DNA of 64,000 nucleotides from Eledone cirrhosa (lineage: Eukaryota): contig OZ024743.1 of the NCBI GenBank assembly GCA_964016885.1, forward strand, positions 283,588,001 through 283,652,000, written 5' to 3'. Position 1 is the first letter of the stretch. The number at the start of each line of letters is the position of its first letter. This document shows positions 12,001 through 22,925 of the stretch, one piece after another. Both the position numbers and the translations under genes were made by a program. The notes under the pieces are model-generated. The model was not told where the DNA came from. It ran no database searches and saw nothing but the letters and a program-made list of their open reading frames with translations.

Positions 12001-15000
12001 GTGCTGTTGATGTTGTTGGTGTTGGTGGTGCAGTTGATGTTGTTGGTGTTGGCGGTACTGTTGATGTTGTTGGTGTTGGTGGTACTGTTGATGTTGTTGG
12101 TGTTGGTGGTGCTGTTGATGTTGTTGGTGTTGGTGGTGCAGTTGATGTTGTTGGTGTTGGCGGTACTGTTGATGTTGTTGGTGTTGCTGGTGCTGTTGAT
12201 GTTGTTGGTGTTGGTTGTGCTGTTGATGTTGTTGGTGTTGGTGGTGCAGTTGATGTTGTTGGTGTTGGCGGTACTGTTGATGTTGTTGGTGTTGGTGGTA
12301 CTGTTGATGTTGTTGGTGTTGTTGGTGCTGTTGATGTTGCTGGTGTTGGTGGTGCTGTTGATGTTGTTGGTGTTGGTGGTATTGTTGATGTTGTTGGTTT
12401 TGGTGGTGCTGTTGATGTTGTTGGTGTTAGTGGTGCTGTTGGTGTTGTTGGTGTTGGTGGTGCTGTTGATGTTGTTGGTGTTGGTGGTACTGTTGATGTT
12501 GTTGGTGTTGGTGGTGATGTTGATGTTGTTGGTGTTGGTGGTGCTGTTGATGTTGTTGGTGTTGGTGGTACTGTTGTTGTTGTTGGTGTTGGTGTTGGTG
12601 ATACTGTTGATGTTGTTGGTGTTGGCAGTACTGTTGATGTTGTTGGTGTTGGTGGTGCTGTTGATGTTGTTGGTGTTAGTGGTGCTGTTGATGTTGTTGG
12701 TGTTGGTGGTGCTGTTGATGTTGTTGGTGTTAGTGGTGCTGTTGATGTTGTTGGTGTTGGTGGTACTGTTGTTGTTGTTGGTGTTGGTGTTGGTGGTACT
12801 GTTGATGTTGTTGGTGTTGGTGGTACTGTTGTTGTTGTTGGTGTTGGTGTTGGTGGTACTGTTGATGTTGTTGGTGTTGGTGGTGCTGTTGATGTTGTTG
12901 GTGTTGGTGGTACTGTTGATGTTGTTGGTGTTGGTGGTGCTGTTGATGTTGTTGGTGTTGGTGGTACTGTTGATGTTGTTGGTGTTAGTGGTACTGTTGA
13001 TGTTGTTGGTGTTGGTGGTGCTGTTGATGTTGTTGGTGTTGGTGGTACTGTTGATATTGTTGGTGTTAGTGGTACTGTTGATGTTGTTGGTGTTGGTGGT
13101 GCTGTTGATGTTGTTGGTGTTGGTGGTACTGTTGATGTTGTTGGTGTTAGTGGTACTGTTGATGTTGTTGGTGTTGGTGGTGCTGTTGATGTTGTTGGTG
13201 TTGGTGGTACTGTTGATATTGTTGGTGTTAGTGGTACTGTTGATATTGTTGGTGTTGTTGGTGCTGTTGATGTTGTTGGTGTTAGTGGTGCTGTTGATAT
13301 TGTTGGTGTTGGTGGTACTGTTGATGTTGTTGGTGTTGGTGGTGCTGTTGATATTGTTGGTGTTGGTGGTACTGTTGATGTTGTTGGTGTTGGTGGTACT
13401 GTTGATGTTTTTGGTGTTGGTGGTGCTGTTGATGTTGTTGGTGTTGGTGGTACTGTTGGTGTTGTTGGTGTTGGTGGTTCTGTTGATGTTGTTGGTGTTA
13501 GTGGTACTATTGATGTTGTTGGTGTTGGTGGTACTGTTGATGTTGTTGGTGTTGGTGATGCTGTTGATGTTGTTGGTGTTGGTGGTGCTGTTGATGTTGT
13601 TGGTGTTGGTGGTGCTGTTGATGTTGTTGGTGTTGGTGGTGCTGTTGATATTGTTGGTGTTAGTGGTGCTGTTGATGTTGTTGGTGTTGGTGGTACTGTT
13701 GATGTTGTTGGTGTTGGTGGTGCTGTTGATGTTGCTGGTGTTGTTGGTGCTGTTGATGTTGCTGGTGTTGCTTGTACTGTTGATGTTGTTGGTGTTGGTG
13801 GTGCTGTTGATGTTGTTGGTGTTGGTGGTGCTGTTGATGTTGTTGGTGTTGGTGGTGCTGTTGATGTTGTTGGTGTTGGTGGTGCTGTTGATGTTGTTGG
13901 TGTTGGTGGTGCTGTTGATGTTGTTGGTGTTGGTGTTACTGTTGATGTTGTTGGTGTTGGTGGTGCTGTTGATGTTGTTGGTGTTGGTGGTACTGTTGAT
14001 GTTGTTGGTGTTGGTGGTGCTGTTGATGTTGTTGGTGTTGGTGGTGCTGTTGATGTTGTTGGTGTTGGTGGTGCTGTTGATGTTGTTGGTGTTGGTGGTA
14101 CTGTTGATGTTGTTGGTGTTGGTGGTACTGTTGATGTTGTTGGTGTTGGTGGTGCTGTTGATGTTGTTGGTGTTGGTGGTACTGTTGATGTTGTTGGTGT
14201 TGGTGGTGCTGTTGATGTTGTTGGTGTTGGTGGTACTGTTGATGTTGTTGGTGTTGGTGGTGCTGTTGATGTTGTTGGTGTTGGTGGTACTGTTGATGTT
14301 GTTGGTGTTGGTGGTGCTGTTGATGTTGTTGGTGTTGGTGGTACTGTTGATGTTGTTGGTGTTGGTGGTGCTGTTGATGTTGTTGGTGTTGGTGGTGCTG
14401 TTGATGTTGTTGGTGTTGGTGGTGCTGTTGATGTTGTTGGTGTTGGTGGTACTGTTGATGTTGTTGGTGTTGGTGGTGCTGTTGATGTTGTTGGTGTTGG
14501 TGGTACTGTTGATGTTGTTGGTGTTGGTGGTGCTGTTGATGTTGTTGGTGTTGGTGTTGCTGTTGATGTTGTTGGTGTTGGTGGTACTGTTGATGTTGTT
14601 GGTGTTGGTGGTGCTGTTGATGTTGTTGGTGTTGGTGGTGCTGTTGATGTTGTTGGTGTTGGTGGTACTGTTGATGTTGTTGGTGTTGGTGGTACTGTTG
14701 ATGTTGTTGGTGTTGTTGGTACTGTTGATGTTGTTGGTGTTAGTGGTACTGTTGATGTTGTTGGTGTTGGTTGTGCTGTTGATGTTGTTGGTGTTGGTGG
14801 TGATGTTGATGTTGTTGGTGTTGGTGGTACTGTTGATGTTGTTGGTGTTGGTGGTACTGTTGTTGTTGTTGGTGTTGGTGTTGGTGGTACTGTTGATGTT
14901 GTTGGTGTTGGTGGTACTGTTGATGTTGTTGGTGTTGTTGGTGCTGTTGATGTTGTTGGTGTTGGTGGTACTGTTGATGCTGTTGGTGTTAGTGGTGCTG

Positions 15001-18000
15001 TTGATGTTGTTGGTGTTGGTGGTACTGTTGATGTTGTTGGTGTTGGTGGTGCTGTTGATATTGTTGGTGTTAGTGGTGCTGTTGATGTTGTTGGTGTTGG
15101 TGGTACTGTTGATGTTGTTGGTGTTGGTGGTGCTGTTGATGTTGCTGGTGTTGTTGGTGCTGTTGATGTTGCTGGTGTTGCTTGTACTGTTGATGTTGTT
15201 GGTGTTGGTGGTGCTGTTGATGTTGTTGGTGTTGGTGGTGCTGTTGATGTTGTTGGTGTTGGTGGTACTGTTGATGTTGTTGGTGTTGGTGGTGCTGTTG
15301 ATGTTGTTGGTGTTGGTGGTGCTGTTGATGTTGTTGGTGTTGGTGGTGCTGTTGATGTTGTTGGTGTTGGTGTTGGTGGTGCTGTTGATGTTGTTGGTGT
15401 TGGTGGTACTGTTGATATTGTTGGTGTTGTTGGTGCTGTTTATGTTGTTGGTGTTAGTGGTGCTGTTGATGTTGTTGGTGTTGGTGGTACTGTTGATGTT
15501 GTTGGTGTTGGTGGTACTGTTGATGTTGCTGGTGTTGTTGGTGCTGTTGATGTTGCTGGTGTTGCTTGTACTGTTGATGTTGTTGGTGTTGGTGGTGCTG
15601 TTGATGTTGTTGGTGTTGGTGGTGCTGTTGATGTTGTTGGTGTTGGTGGTGCTGTTGATGTTGTTGGCGTTGTTGGTGCTGTTGATGTTGTTGGTGTTGG
15701 TGGTGCTGTTGATGTTGTTGGTGTTGGTGGTGCTGTTGATGTTGTTGGTGTTGGTGGTGCTGTTGATGTTATTGGTGTTGGTGGTGCTGTTGATGTTGTT
15801 GGTGTTGGTGGTACTGTTGATGTTGTTGGTGTTGGTGGTACTGTTGATGTTGTTGGCGTTGGTGGTACTGTTGATGTTGTTGGTGTTGGTGGTACTGTTG
15901 ATGTTGTTGGTGTTGTTGGTGCTATTGATGTTGTTGGTGTTGGTGGTACTGTTGATGTTGTTGGTGTTGGTGGTACTATTGATGTTGTTGGTGTTGGTGG
16001 TACTGTTGATGTTGTTGGTGTTGTTGGTGCTGTTGATGTTGTTGGTGTTGGTGGTACTGTTGATGTTGTTGGTGTTGGTGGTACTGTTGATGTTATTGGT
16101 GTTGGTGGTACTGTTGATGTTGTTGGTGTTGGTGGTACCGTTGATGTTGTTGGTGTTGGTGGTGCTGTTGATGTTGTTGGTGTTAGTGGTGCTGTTGATG
16201 TTGTTGGTGTTGTTGGTGCTGTTGATGTTGTTGGTGTTGGTGGTACTGTTGATGTTGTTGGTGTTGGTGGTACTGTTGATGTTGTTGGTGTTGGTGGTAC
16301 TGTTGATGTTGTTGGTGTTGGTGGTACCGTTGATGTTGTTGGTGTTGGTGGTGCTGTTGATGTTGTTGGTGTTAGTGGTGCTGTTGATGTTGTTGGTGTT
16401 GTTGGTGCTGTTGATGTTGTTGGTGTTGGTGGTACTGTTGATGTTGTTGGTGTTGGTAGTACTGTTGATGTTGTTGGTGTTGTTGGTGCTGTTGATGTTG
16501 TTGGTGTTGGTGGTACTGTTGATGTTGTTGGTGTTGGTGGTACTGTTGATGTTGTTGGTGTTGGTGGTACCGTTGATGTTGTTGGTGTTGTTGGTGCTGT
16601 TGATGTTGTTGGTGTTGGTGGTACTGTTGATGTTGTTGGTGTTGGTGGTGCTGTTGATGTTGTTGGTGTTGGTGGTGCTGTTGATGTTGTTGGTGTTGGT
16701 GGTGCTGTTGATGTTGTTGGTGTTGGTGGTACTGTTGATGTTGCTGGTGTTGTTGGTGCTGTTGATGTTGCTGGTGTTGCTTGTACTGTTGATGTTGTTG
16801 GTGTTGGTGGTGCTGTTGATGTTGTTGGTGTTGGTGGTGCTGTTGATGTTGTTGGTGTTGTTGGTGCTGTTGATGTTGTTGGTGTTGGTGGTACTGTTGA
16901 TGTTGTTGGTGTTGGTGGTGCTGTTGATGCTGTTGGTGTTGGTGGTACTGTTGATGTTGTTGGTGTTGGTGGTGCTGTTGATGTTGTTGGTGTTGGTGGT
17001 ACTGTTGATGTTGTTGGTGTTGGTGGTGCTGTTGATGTTGTTGGTGTTGGTGGTGCTGTTGATGTTGTTGGTGTTGGTGGTGCTGTTGATGTTGTTGGTG
17101 TTGGTGGTGCTGTTGATGTTGTTGGTGTTGTTGGTGCTGTTGATGTTGTTGGTGTTGGTGGTACTGTTGATGTTGTTGGTGTTGGTGGTGCTGTTGATGT
17201 TGTTGGTGTTGTTGGTACTGTTGATGTTGTTGGTGTTGGTGGTGCTGTTGATGTTGTTGGTGTTGGTGGTACTGTTGATGTTGTTGGTGTTGGTGGTACT
17301 GTTGATGTTGTTGGTGTTGGTGGTGCTGTTGATGTTGTTGGTGTTGTTGGTACTGTTGATGTTGTTGGTGTTGGTGGTGCTGTTGATGTTGTTGGTGTTG
17401 GTGGTACTGTTGATGTTGTTGGTGTTGGTGGTGCTGTTGATGTTGTTGGTGTTGTTGGTGCTGTTGATGTTGTTGGTGTTGGTGGTGCTGTTGATGTTGT
17501 TGGTGTTGGTGGTACTGTTGATGTTGTTGGTGTTGGTGGTGCTGTTGATGTTGTTGGTGTTGGTGATGCTGTTGATGTTGTTGGTGTTGGTGGTACTGTT
17601 GATGTTGTTGGTGTTGGTGGTGCTGTTGATGTTGTTGGTGTTGTTGGTGCTGTTGATGTTGTTGGTGTTGGTGGTGCTATTGATGTTGTTGGTGTTGGTG
17701 GTACTGTTGATGTTGTTGGTGTTGGTGGTACTATTGATGTTGTTGGTGTTGGTGGTACTGTTGATGTTGTTGGTGTTGTTGGTGCTGTTGATGTTGTTGG
17801 TGTTGGTGGTACTGTTGATGTTGTTGGTGTTGGTGGTACTGTTGATGTTGTTGGTGTTGGTGGTGCTGTTGATGTTGTTGGTGTTGTTGGTGCTGTTGAT
17901 GTTGTTGGTGTTGGTGGTGCTGTTGATGTTGTTGGTGTTGGTGGTACTGTTGATGTTGTTGGTGTTGGTGGTGCTGTTGATGTTGTTGGTGTTGGTGGTA

Positions 18001-21000
18001 CTGTTGATGTTGTTGGTGTTGGTGGTGCTGTTGATGTTGTTGGTGTTGGTGGTACTGTTGATGTTGTTGGTGTTGGTGGTACTGTTGATGTTGTTGGTGT
18101 TGTTGGTGCTATTGATGTTGTTGGTGTTGGTGGTACTGTTGATGTTGTTGGTGTTGGTGGTACTATTGATGTTGTTGGTGTTGGTGGTACTGTTGATGTT
18201 GTTGGTGTTGTTGGTGCTGTTGATGTTGTTGGTGTTGGTGGTACTGTTGATGTTGTTGGTGTTGGTGGTACTGTTGATGTTGTTGGTGTTGGTGGTACTG
18301 TTGATGTTGTTGGTGTTGGTGGTACCGTTGATGTTGTTGGTGTTGGTGGTGCTGTTGGTGTTGTTGGTGTTAGTGGTGCTGTTGATGTTGTTGGTGTTGT
18401 TGGTGCTGTTGATGTTGTTGGTGTTGGTGGTACTGTTGATGTTGTTGGTGTTGGTGGTACTGTTGATGTTGTTGGTGTTGGTGGTACTGTTGATGTTGGT
18501 GGTGTTGGTGGTACCGTTGATGTTGTTGGTGTTGGTGGTGCTGTTGATGTTGTTGGTGTTAGTGGTGCTGTTGATGTTGTTGGTGTTGTTGGTGCTGTTG
18601 ATGTTGTTGGTGTTGGTGGTACTGTTGATGTTGTTGGTGTTGGTAGTACTGTTGATGTTGTTGGTGTTGTTGGTGCTGTTGATGTTGTTGGTGTTGGTGG
18701 TACTGTTGATGTTGTTGGTGTTGGTGGTACTGTTGATGTTGTTGGTGTTGGTGGTACCGTTGATGTTGTTGGTGTTGTTGGTGCTGTTGATGTTGTTGGT
18801 GTTGGTGGTACTGTTGATGTTGTTGGTGTTGGTGGTGCTGTTGATGTTGTTGGTGTTGGTGGTGCTGTTGATGTTGTTGGTGTTGGTGGTGCTGTTGATG
18901 TTGTTGGTGTTGGTGGTACTGTTGATGTTGCTGGTGTTGTTGGTGCTGTTGATGTTGCTGGTGTTGCTTGTACTGTTGATGTTGTTGGTGTTGGTGGTGC
19001 TGTTGATGTTGTTGGTGTTGGTGGTGCTGTTGATGTTGTTGGTGTTGTTGGTGCTGTTGATGTTGTTGGTGTTGGTGGTACTGTTGATGTTGTTGGTGTT
19101 GGTGGTGCTGTTGATGTTGTTGGTGTTGGTGGTACTGTTGATGTTGTTGGTGTTGGTGGTGCTGTTGATGTTGTTGGTGTTGGTGGTACTGTTGATGTTG
19201 TTGGTGTTGGTGGTGCTGTTGATGTTGTTGGTGTTGGTGGTGCTGTTGATGTTGTTGGTGTTGGTGGTGCTGTTGATGTTGTTGGTGTTGGTGGTGCTGT
19301 TGATGTTGTTGGTGTTGTTGGTGCTGTTGATGTTGTTGGTGTTGGTGGTACTGTTGATGTTGTTGGTGTTGGTGGTGCTGTTGATGTTGTTGGTGTTGTT
19401 GGTACTGTTGATGTTGTTGGTGTTGGTGGTGCTGTTGATGTTGTTGGTGTTGGTGGTACTGTTGATGTTGTTGGTGTTGATGGTACTGTTGATGTTGTTG
19501 GTGTTGGTGGTGCTGTTGATGTTGTTGGTGTTGTTGGTACTGTTGATGTTGTTGGTGTTGGTGGTGCTGTTGATGTTGTTGGTGTTGGTGGTACTGTTGA
19601 TGTTGTTGGTGTTGGTGGTGCTGTTGATGTTGTTGGTGTTGTTGGTGCTGTTGATGTTGTTGGTGTTGGTGGTGCTGTTGATGTTGTTGGTGTTGGTGGT
19701 ACTGTTGATGTTGTTGGTGTTGGTGGTGCTGTTGATGTTGTTGGTGTTGGTGGTGCTGTTGATGTTGTTGGTGTTGGTGGTACTGTTGATGTTGTTGGTG
19801 TTGGTGGTGCTGTTGATGTTGTTGGTGTTGTTGGTGCTGTTGATGTTGTTGGTGTTGGTGGTACTGTTGATGTTGTTGGTGTTGGTGGTGCTGTTGATGT
19901 TGTTGGTGTTGGTGGTGCTGTTGATGTTGTTGGTGTTGTTGGTACTGTTGATGTTGTTGGTGTTGGTGGTGCTGTTGATGTTGTTGGTGTTGGTGGTGCT
20001 GTTGATGTTGTTGGTGTTGGTGGTGCTGTTGATGTTGTTGGTGTTGGTGGTGCTGTTGATGTTGTTGGTGTTGGTGGTACTGTTGATGTTGTTGGTGTTG
20101 GTGGTGCTGTTGATGTTGTTGGTGTTGGTGGTGCTGTTGATGTTGTTGGTGTTGTTGGTACTGTTGATGTTGTTGGTGTTGGTGGTGCTGTTGATGTTGT
20201 TGGTGTTGGTGGTGCTGTTGATGTTGTTGGTGTTGGTGGTGCTGTTGATGTTGTTGGTGTTGGTGGTGCTGTTGATGTTGTTGGTGTTGGTGGTACTGTT
20301 GATGTTGTTGGTGTTGGTGGTGCTGTTGATGTTGTTGGTGTTGGTGGTGCTGTTGATGTTGTTGGTGTTGTTGGTACTGTTGATGTTGTTGGTGTTGGTG
20401 GTGCTGTTGATGTTGTTGGTGTTGGTGGTGCTGTTGATGTTGTTGGTGTTGGTGGTGCTGTTGATGTTGTTGGTGTTGGTGGTGCTGTTGATGTTGTTGG
20501 TGTTGGTGGTACTGTTGATGGTGTTGGTGTTGGTGGTGCTGTTGATGTTGTTGGTGTTGTTGGTACTGTTGATGTTGTTGGTGTTGGTGGTGCTGTTGAT
20601 GTTGTTGGTGTTGGTGGTGCTGTTGATGTTGTTGGTGTTGGTGGTGCTGTTGATGTTGTTGGTGTTGGTGGTACTGTTGATGTTGTTGGTGTTGGTGGTG
20701 CTGTTGATGTTGTTGGTGTTGGTGGTGCTGTTGATGTTGTTGGTGTTGGTGGTGCTGTTGATGTTGTTGGTGTTGGTGGTACTGTTGATGTTGTTGGTGT
20801 TGGTGGTACTGTTGATGTTGTTGGTGTTGGTGGTGCTGTTGATGTTGTTGGTGTTGGTGGTTCTGTTGATGTTGCTGGTGTTGTTGGTGCTGTTGATGTT
20901 GCTGGTGTTGCTTGTACTGTTGATGTTGTTGGTGTTGTTGGTGCTGTTGATGTTGTTGGTGTTGGTGGTGATGTTGATGTTGTTGGTGTTGGTGGTGCTG

Positions 21001-22925
21001 TTGATGTTGTTGGTGTTGGTGGTGCTGTTGATGTTGTTGGTGTTGGTGGTGCTGTTGATGTTGTTGGTGTTGCTGGTGCTGTTGTTGTTGTTGGTGTTGG
21101 TGGTACTGTTGATGTTGTTGGTGTTGGTGGTGCTGTTGATGTTGTTGGTGTTGGTGGTACTGTTGATGTTGTTGGTGTTGGTGGTGCTGTTGATGTTGTT
21201 GGTGTTGGTGGTGCTGTTGATGTTGTTGGTGTTGGTGGTACTGTTGATGTTGTTGGTGTTGGTGGTGCTGTTGATGTTGTTGGTGTTGGTGGTGCTGTTG
21301 ATGTTATTGGTGTTGGTGGTGCTGTTGATGTTGTTGGTGTTGGTGGTACTGTTGATGTTGTTGGTGTTGGTGGTGCTGTTGATGTTGTTGGTGTTGGTGG
21401 TACTGTTGATGTTGTTGGTGTTGGTGGTGCTGTTGATGTTGCTGGTGTTGGTGGTGCTGTTGATGTTGTTGGTGTTGGTGGTACTGTTAATGTTGTTGGT
21501 GTTGGTGGTGCTGTTGTTGTTGTTGGTGTTGGTGGTGCTGTTGATGTTGTTGGTGTTGGTGGTACTGTTGATGTTGTTGGTGTTGGTGGTGCTGTTGATG
21601 TTGTTGGTGTTGGTGGTGCTGTTGATGTTGTTGGTGTTGGTGGTGCTGTTGATGTTGTTGGTGTTGGTGGTGCTGTTGATGTTGTTGGTGGTGCTGTTGA
21701 TGTTGTTGGTGTTGGTGGTGTTGTTGATGTTGTTGGTGTTGGTGGTACTGTTGATGTTGTTGGTGTTGGTGTTGGTGGTACTGTTGATGTTGTTGGTGTT
21801 GGTGGTACTGTTGATGTTGTTGGTGTTGGTGGTACTGTTGATGTTGTTGGTGTTGGTGGTACTGTTGATGTTGTTGGTGTTGGTGGTGCTGTTGATGTTG
21901 TTGGTGTTGGTGGTACTGTTGATGTTGTTGGTGTTGGTGGTACCGTTGATGTTGTTGGTGTTGGTGGTGCTGTTGATGTTGTTGGTGTTAGTGGTGCTGT
22001 TGATGTTGTTGGTGTTGTTGGTGCTGTTGATGTTGTTGGTGTTGGTGGTACTGTTGATGTTGTTGGTGTTGGTAGTACTGTTGATGTTGTTGGTGTTGTT
22101 GGTGCTGTTGATGTTGTTGGTGTTGGTGGTACTGTTGATGTTGTTGGTGTTGGTGGTACTGTTGATGTTGTTGGTGTTGGTGGTACCGTTGATGTTGTTG
22201 GTGTTGGTGGTACTGTTGATGTTGTTGGTGTTGGTGGTACTGTTGATGTTGTTGGTGTTGGTGGTACTGTTGATGTTGTTTGTGTTGGTGGTGCTGTTGA
22301 TGTTGTTGGTGTTGGTGATACCGTTGATGTTGTTGGTGTTGGTGGTACTGTTGCTGTTGTTGGTGTTAGTGGTACTGTTGCTGTTGTTGGTGTTAGTGGT
22401 GCTGTTGATGTTGTTGGTGTTGGTGGTGCTGTTGATGTTGTTGGTGTTGTTGGTACTGTTGATGTTGTTGGTGTTGGTGGTACTGTTGATGTTGTTGGTG
22501 TTGGTGGTACTGTTGATATTGTTGGTGTTGGTGGTACTGTTGATGTTGTTGGTGTTGTTGGTGCTGTTGATGTTGTTGGTGTTGGTGGTACTGTTGATGT
22601 TGTTGGTGTTGTTGGTGCTGTTGATGTTGTTGGTGTTAGTGGTGCTGTTGATATTGTTGGTGTTAGTGGTGCTGTTGATGTTGTTGGTGTTGTTGGTGCT
22701 ATTGATGTTGTTGGTGTTGGTGGTACTGTTGATATTGTTGGTGTTAGTGGTACTGTTGATGTTGTTGGTGTTGTTGGTACTGTTGATGTTGTTGGTGTTG
22801 GTGGTACTGTTGATGTTGTTGGTGTTAGTGGTGCTGTTGATGTTGTTGGTGTTGGTGGTCCTGTTGATGTTGTTGGTGTTGGTGGTGCTGTTGATGTTGT
22901 TGGTGTTGTTGGTGTTAGTGGTACA
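1..22925. repeat. 27-bp tandem array, about 850 units, consensus ggtgttggtggt(g/a)ctgttgatgttgtt; runs off the window start
   Basis: The unit is directly visible throughout, and all translated frames show 9-aa periodicity. The array ends abruptly at about 22,925. Confidence 0.98.

Noticed and set aside
1-22925. CRISPR array or telomeric repeat
   Set aside because: There are no unique spacers or cas genes and the context is eukaryotic; the unit is not TTAGGG-like, despite the G/T strand skew.
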